Positions 15,776-20,000 of a DNA stretch of 20,000 nt are shown piece by piece. The translations under genes were made by a program, and so were the position numbers. Location: the IMG/VR virus record IMGVR_UViG_3300048504_000529. The stretch is one strand, 5' to 3'. Each line of letters opens with the position of its first letter. Within the stretch, counting starts at the first letter, position 1. The DNA is from an uncultured virus (IMG/VR IMGVR_UViG_3300048504_000529). Taxonomy: Duplodnaviria > Heunggongvirae > Uroviricota > Caudoviricetes. Below the pieces are notes generated by a model. The model was not told the DNA's origin, searched no databases, and saw only the letters and a program-made list of their open reading frames with translations.

Positions 15776-16840
15776 TTATTTTACGAACTCTTTTTTGATT
15801 TTTGCTTCAGATGGACTATTCAATTTCTTACCATCGGGTAAAATAACATTGTGAAAAGTGGTAGGATAACGATAAAATGGTTTTCCATAAACACTATAAC
15901 TTAAAACAATTCCATTCTTAACCGTGAAACGACTTCCGTCTTCAAATTCAAATGACATTGTATTGCGATTATGATTTCCGTCAACATTCACTCCGATGCC
16001 ACGACCACCAACGATCACACTAAGTTTCATTTTCATTTTGTATACAAACTTCTCAACACCTTCTTTGGCATTTTGTTTTGCAGTATCTTTTAATATTGTT
16101 TTGTAATCTGATTTAAGTATATAAGCATATCCACCTCGTTCGTTATGATCATACTTGCTATCAAGAAAACGATTTAATATTTTGTTCAAATGATAATTTG
16201 ATTTAGTTTTATATAAATCATAAGTGCTTGTGACTTCCTTCTTTTTTGAATCTTTTTGATATTGATCAATGATCATTTCATAATAATCTTCAAAGTTTGT
16301 CTGCAATTCTTTTTCAAATCCTTTTCCGATTTTTTCAAGTTCTTCTTCAATCTCTTTGCTGATAGTACCTTTAGGTATGCTTGGTTTATTTGATCCTACA
16401 CCAATCTGACGTTTTACAACATCACCTTTCATTGCTTTTAATGTAACTGCAATCTTTTCCCAAGGTTCACACGCAGTCATTGCGTCTTTTACAATCTTGC
16501 TTGCTTTGGGACTTTTAATTGAACGTTTAAGTTGCTTTGCAGTTCTTTTAAGATATCCAGGAACATGAAGAACACTATTTGGAAAAGAATATTTGTATTC
16601 TTCTGTTTCTCCATCTTCTTTCTGAAATCCCCACACAGTAAATTCGTTTGCACCTTTTAATTTTGTGCTATTTGTTGCGATATCAAATGCTCTTGATACA
16701 TCAGTTTTAATTTTCTGAAATTGTGGATTTGGAATCTTCTCACCAGATTTCCATTTTTGAACAAACTCAATTGAGTCTTTGTGTTTTACATCAACCGTTT
16801 GAGATAATCTTATCTCGTTTACTATTCTCATGTATCTCAT
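15776..16840 (-). CDS. Hypothetical basic protein (354 aa)
   Basis: Long ORF with its own promoter; no family recognised. Confidence 0.8.
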   Translation of the reverse strand: MRYMRIVNEIRLSQTVDVKHKDSIEFVQKWKSGEKIPNPQFQKIKTDVSRAFDIATNSTKLKGANEFTVWGFQKEDGETEEYKYSFPNSVLHVPGYLKRTAKQLKRSIKSPKASKIVKDAMTACEPWEKIAVTLKAMKGDVVKRQIGVGSNKPSIPKGTISKEIEEELEKIGKGFEKELQTNFEDYYEMIIDQYQKDSKKKEVTSTYDLYKTKSNYHLNKILNRFLDSKYDHNERGGYAYILKSDYKTILKDTAKQNAKEGVEKFVYKMKMKLSVIVGGRGIGVNVDGNHNRNTMSFEFEDGSRFTVKNGIVLSYSVYGKPFYRYPTTFHNVILPDGKKLNSPSEAKIKKEFVK

Positions 16841-16849
16841 TATTATATA

Positions 16850-16878
16850 ACCTTATTATTTTTTTTATAAAAAGTCAA
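16850..16878 (-). promoter_or_regulatory. Putative early promoter TTGACT-N17-TAAGGT
   Basis: TTGACTTTTTATA core; ATG 9 nt after the -10 box. Confidence 0.7.
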
Positions 16879-16955
16879 GCACTTTTTTTAGCAACTTCGT
16901 ATTCCAAATTTCGGAAGTTTTGATGATGAATGATATCTTCTAGTAGTAATTTACC

Positions 16956-19900
16956 TCACATAGAATCTGTTAAATAGTTTATACTAAAATCTAAACGTCT
17001 ATCAAAAGAAATACTCTTATCTGAATTTAAGTTTGCAATCACAAGTTCATCCATTTCATTTAAGATCAATGGAAACGATTCGTGAGTTGTTGTTCCCGTG
17101 CCTTTATCATCAAATGCACTTCTGCATATTCCTGTATATGTCTGATCACTACTTCCTTGGCCAAACTTTTTTGGGAAAGGTGGTACACCGTCAGATTGTG
17201 TATGGTTCTGCATTGGGATTTTGAGTTCAAAATTTGGTGGAAGTGTTTTTGCTATCCATGACGCCCTAGCAGAATTAAATAGTGGAAATGGATTCAAGCA
17301 ACCATATAAAAACACAGTACTTCCTGTTTGTTCCCAATATATTTCAAACAAACTTGTGTCGTTATACGGAATGTAAGGTGGGTTCATGTCATTCATAACA
17401 AAATATTGACGAACCCACCATCTTTTTACATTTGATGCAACCGAAGAACCACCACTAGATTCAATAAACAATGACCAGCCACTCTCAGAAAATTCAGGAC
17501 TATACGAGTTCATGTCACGTGTGCTGATATAAAGATTTCCGTCAATTGCAGCTGCACTTGCCGTTGCAGGTGCCATTGCTTCAAATCTTACAACATCTCC
17601 AAAATTATATGAAGTTCCCCATGAAAATTTGCCTCTGAATGTAAAACCACTTCCGTTGCTTCCAGATTGTCCTTTACTTCCCTTGACACCTTTGACACCC
17701 TCCATGCCACTATTTAAAAGTTGCCAATATGCACTTCCTCCGTCTTGATATGGATATCCAAAATACTCAGAATTTACATCTTTTGTGGCGATGTAAGATT
17801 CACCACGAAACTTCAGACTTATTACATCATTTTTCTTGTAAAGGTGTGCTTTTTCTAAAACAAACTCACCTTCATAATTAAATTTTGTGGAATCACCCAT
17901 TATTCCTTTTTCACCACGTTCACCCGTTTCTCCTTTACTTCCTCTACTTCCTGTTTCACCAGGTATAGGATCTATCAATAAATCCCATTGCTCAGATTCA
18001 AAAGGTTTCCGAGTTATAGTCATTGGTGATTTGTACACATCAAAACTTGATATAACATCAGCACCGGCATCGTAGTCACCCAAAATCGCAATTACATTAC
18101 CATCTGTATTCATTGCTAGATGTGTTCCGTAATTAGGATTTCCTTCATTATAAAAATCTCTTAACTTCTTCCAAGACTTTGTCGCATTGGAAGTATCTAG
18201 AGAATACACCCCAACTTTACCCGAAACAGCATCTTTGCGATAGTCCGGTGATGATATTGCTATCAAGTTACCATTTTTATTAATTTTTACAGATGCTCCG
18301 AAATTCGCATTAGGTCGCATAACAGGTTCTTCATCAAAAATTTTATTACCAAGTTCACTCCATGATAGATTAATTTCATCCCATGTAAAAACCTGCACCA
18401 TTCCTACATCATTCATGCCATTAATCGGATCATTTATTTTGTAATCATATTTTGTATCACCAATAATCAAAAAGTCACCATTGTGACTGAGCATATGATC
18501 ACTTCCATAAGTTGAATCATCTAAATCACTGAATAGAGTTTGACCTACCTGTTTAATTTCAGGTGGTACACTACTTTCTTTTAGTTCAAAAACTTGAACG
18601 TGTTGGTTTCCCTCCTTGGCATCAGAATATGCTGATATAAATTTACCATTACCACTCACAGAAACTTTTTTTCCAAAGTGGATATTTGATTGAGTTCCAT
18701 TAGTTCCAAATACAGTTCCATATTTTATATAATTATTTGCTCCTATATTCCATTTGTATACATGAACTGCACCCATATTTAACAATGGTGCATACGATTG
18801 ATTGGGTGATCCGACTGCAATTGTATTTCCATCTGCACTCATTGCAACACTTTCCCCAAACAAAGAACCATCCTCTGAACCTAAGTTATCAGAACCACGT
18901 TGCACCCACATCGCAGTAGGACCCGTTGTATCCCAAGTAAAAACTCTAAAAAGTCCTGACGATTTTACTGATGATACCACGACAATATCACCACTTGAAT
19001 TAAATGCTATACTTTCACCAAATCTCTCATCTGTATTTTTACCGTAGTCTCTTGAAATTCTAGACCAATCCGGTGAATCATATTTATATTGTGAAAATGA
19101 ACCATAAATTATATTAGCATCATATGAAGAATCTTTATGTGATAATAAAATTTTATTTCCTTCATCATTAACATCCAATGCAGTCGTTTTGTGCGATGAA
19201 TCATTTGAATAACCAGATATTGTTGATGAACCAACCAATTTCCAATCTAGTGTGGGTACAGCCGCAGTTGCACCCTCAGTTTTTGCATTTCTTATGTAAA
19301 TAGAATTGTTATGGATAGAAGATTCTTCTGAATATGTAACTACATCATTTTCATTATATATCGTTTCTGTATCCCAAACTCCTTGCCACTTTAATGATAA
19401 ACCTTGTTCTCCACGATCACCAGTTTCCCCTTTTGTTCCTTTTAAAGATGCAACTTCACTTGCAGTCAAATCTTCAAATTTCAATTTATCACCTTTTAAA
19501 CCGTCTGGACCTTGCTCTCCTTGTCCACCTTGATTTCCTTTTTCACCATCATCACCTTGTGGACCAACATCACCTTTTAATCCGTCTGGACCTTGCTCTC
19601 CTTGTCCACCTTGATTTCCTTTTTCACCATCATCACCTTGTGGACCAACATCACCTTTTAAACCTTCTGGACCTTGCTCTCCTTGTCCACCTTGATTTCC
19701 TTTTTCACCATCATCACCTTGTGGACCAACATCACCTTTTAAACCTTCTGGACCTTGCTCACCCTGTGAACCTGAATTTCCTTTTTCTCCATCGTTTCCT
19801 TTTTCTCCAACATCACCTTTTAAACCGTCTGGACCTTGCTCTCCTTGCTCACCTTGGTTACCTTTTTCTCCATCGTTTCCTTTTTCACCTTGTGAACCAA

Positions 19901-20000
19901 CATCACCTTTTAAACCGTCTGGACCTTGCTCTCCTTGCTCACCTTGGTTACCTTTTTCTCCATCGTTTCCTTTTTCACCTTGTGAACCAACATCACCTTT
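16956..20000 (-). CDS. Large collagen-like fibre/adhesin protein with FG-GAP-like propeller and GxW/F...Y..xDVV modules; 5' end lies outside the window
   Basis: The frame stays open upstream of the track's TTG (19484) as ...GEQGPDGLKGDKLKFEDL. Repeats FGESIAFN, FGESVAMSADGNTIAVGSP, FGKKVSVS, FGASVKIN. Three modules WQGVW..YNENDVV, YEGEF..YKKNDVI and FRGKF..YNFGDVV, each after a collagen stretch. Confidence 0.88.
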   Translation of the reverse strand, partial: KGDVGSQGEKGNDGEKGNQGEQGEQGPDGLKGDVGSQGEKGNDGEKGNQGEQGEQGPDGLKGDVGEKGNDGEKGNSGSQGEQGPEGLKGDVGPQGDDGEKGNQGGQGEQGPEGLKGDVGPQGDDGEKGNQGGQGEQGPDGLKGDVGPQGDDGEKGNQGGQGEQGPDGLKGDKLKFEDLTASEVASLKGTKGETGDRGEQGLSLKWQGVWDTETIYNENDVVTYSEESSIHNNSIYIRNAKTEGATAAVPTLDWKLVGSSTISGYSNDSSHKTTALDVNDEGNKILLSHKDSSYDANIIYGSFSQYKYDSPDWSRISRDYGKNTDERFGESIAFNSSGDIVVVSSVKSSGLFRVFTWDTTGPTAMWVQRGSDNLGSEDGSLFGESVAMSADGNTIAVGSPNQSYAPLLNMGAVHVYKWNIGANNYIKYGTVFGTNGTQSNIHFGKKVSVSGNGKFISAYSDAKEGNQHVQVFELKESSVPPEIKQVGQTLFSDLDDSTYGSDHMLSHNGDFLIIGDTKYDYKINDPINGMNDVGMVQVFTWDEINLSWSELGNKIFDEEPVMRPNANFGASVKINKNGNLIAISSPDYRKDAVSGKVGVYSLDTSNATKSWKKLRDFYNEGNPNYGTHLAMNTDGNVIAILGDYDAGADVISSFDVYKSPMTITRKPFESEQWDLLIDPIPGETGSRGSKGETGERGEKGIMGDSTKFNYEGEFVLEKAHLYKKNDVISLKFRGESYIATKDVNSEYFGYPYQDGGSAYWQLLNSGMEGVKGVKGSKGQSGSNGSGFTFRGKFSWGTSYNFGDVVRFEAMAPATASAAAIDGNLYISTRDMNSYSPEFSESGWSLFIESSGGSSVASNVKRWWVRQYFVMNDMNPPYIPYNDTSLFEIYWEQTGSTVFLYGCLNPFPLFNSARASWIAKTLPPNFELKIPMQNHTQSDGVPPFPKKFGQGSSDQTYTGICRSAFDDKGTGTTTHESFPLILNEMDELVIANLNSDKSISFDRRLDFSINYLTDSM
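19488..20000 (-). repeat. Tandem DNA repeats encoding collagen: 4 x 81 bp then 2 x 90 bp (continues off the window)
   Basis: Units start with atcacctttt at 19488, 19569, 19650, 19731, 19812, 19902 and 19992; the two 90-bp units are identical. Confidence 0.92.

Noticed and set aside
1469..19533. Plus-strand ORFs and nested alternate-frame minus ORFs in the track
   Set aside because: They all lie opposite or inside longer, motif-bearing genes; many are shadows of collagen repeats.
19488..20000. Repeat array as CRISPR
   Set aside because: No unique spacers; unit lengths are multiples of 9 and encode Gly-X-Y in frame.
1..20000. Eukaryotic giant virus (NCLDV) origin suggested by collagen, FG-GAP and NFACT-R genes
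   Set aside because: sigma70-type promoters, SD sequences, stop/start overlaps, an intrinsic terminator and a Tat signal all favour a bacterial host.
1..20000. Stop-codon reassignment
   Set aside because: Long genes are intact in the standard code, and TAA, TAG and TGA all end genes at sensible places.

Overview
AT-rich, gene-dense window with every credible gene on the minus strand. It reads best as part of a large dsDNA bacteriophage genome, probably infecting a PVC-superphylum (Verrucomicrobia/Planctomycetes-like) host. This is an inference: no capsid, terminase or polymerase gene lies in the window. The support is collagen-like and FG-GAP fibre proteins, many small orphans, repeated sigma70-type promoters, SD sites and stop/start overlaps. 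Layout in transcription order (right to left): (1) a large collagen + FG-GAP propeller protein truncated at the right edge; (2) a 354-aa unknown; (3) a compact four-gene cassette of cellular type: DUF1549/DUF1553 CxxCH protein, Tat-signal DUF1501 protein, secreted HMA (CxxC) protein and stand-alone Aas-like acyl-adenylate ligase; (4) small orphans behind repeated TTGACTTTTTATA promoters, a putative nuclease, a HExxH metalloprotein and an NFACT-R-like protein; (5) a small membrane protein gene with highly structured UTRs, whose terminator loop is complementary to its own ribosome-binding site; (6) KKISEL-collagen fibre genes, a LamG-like protein and a TPTQ/FG-GAP protein truncated at the left edge. 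Two recurring upstream motifs correct several ORF starts and point to leaderless translation.
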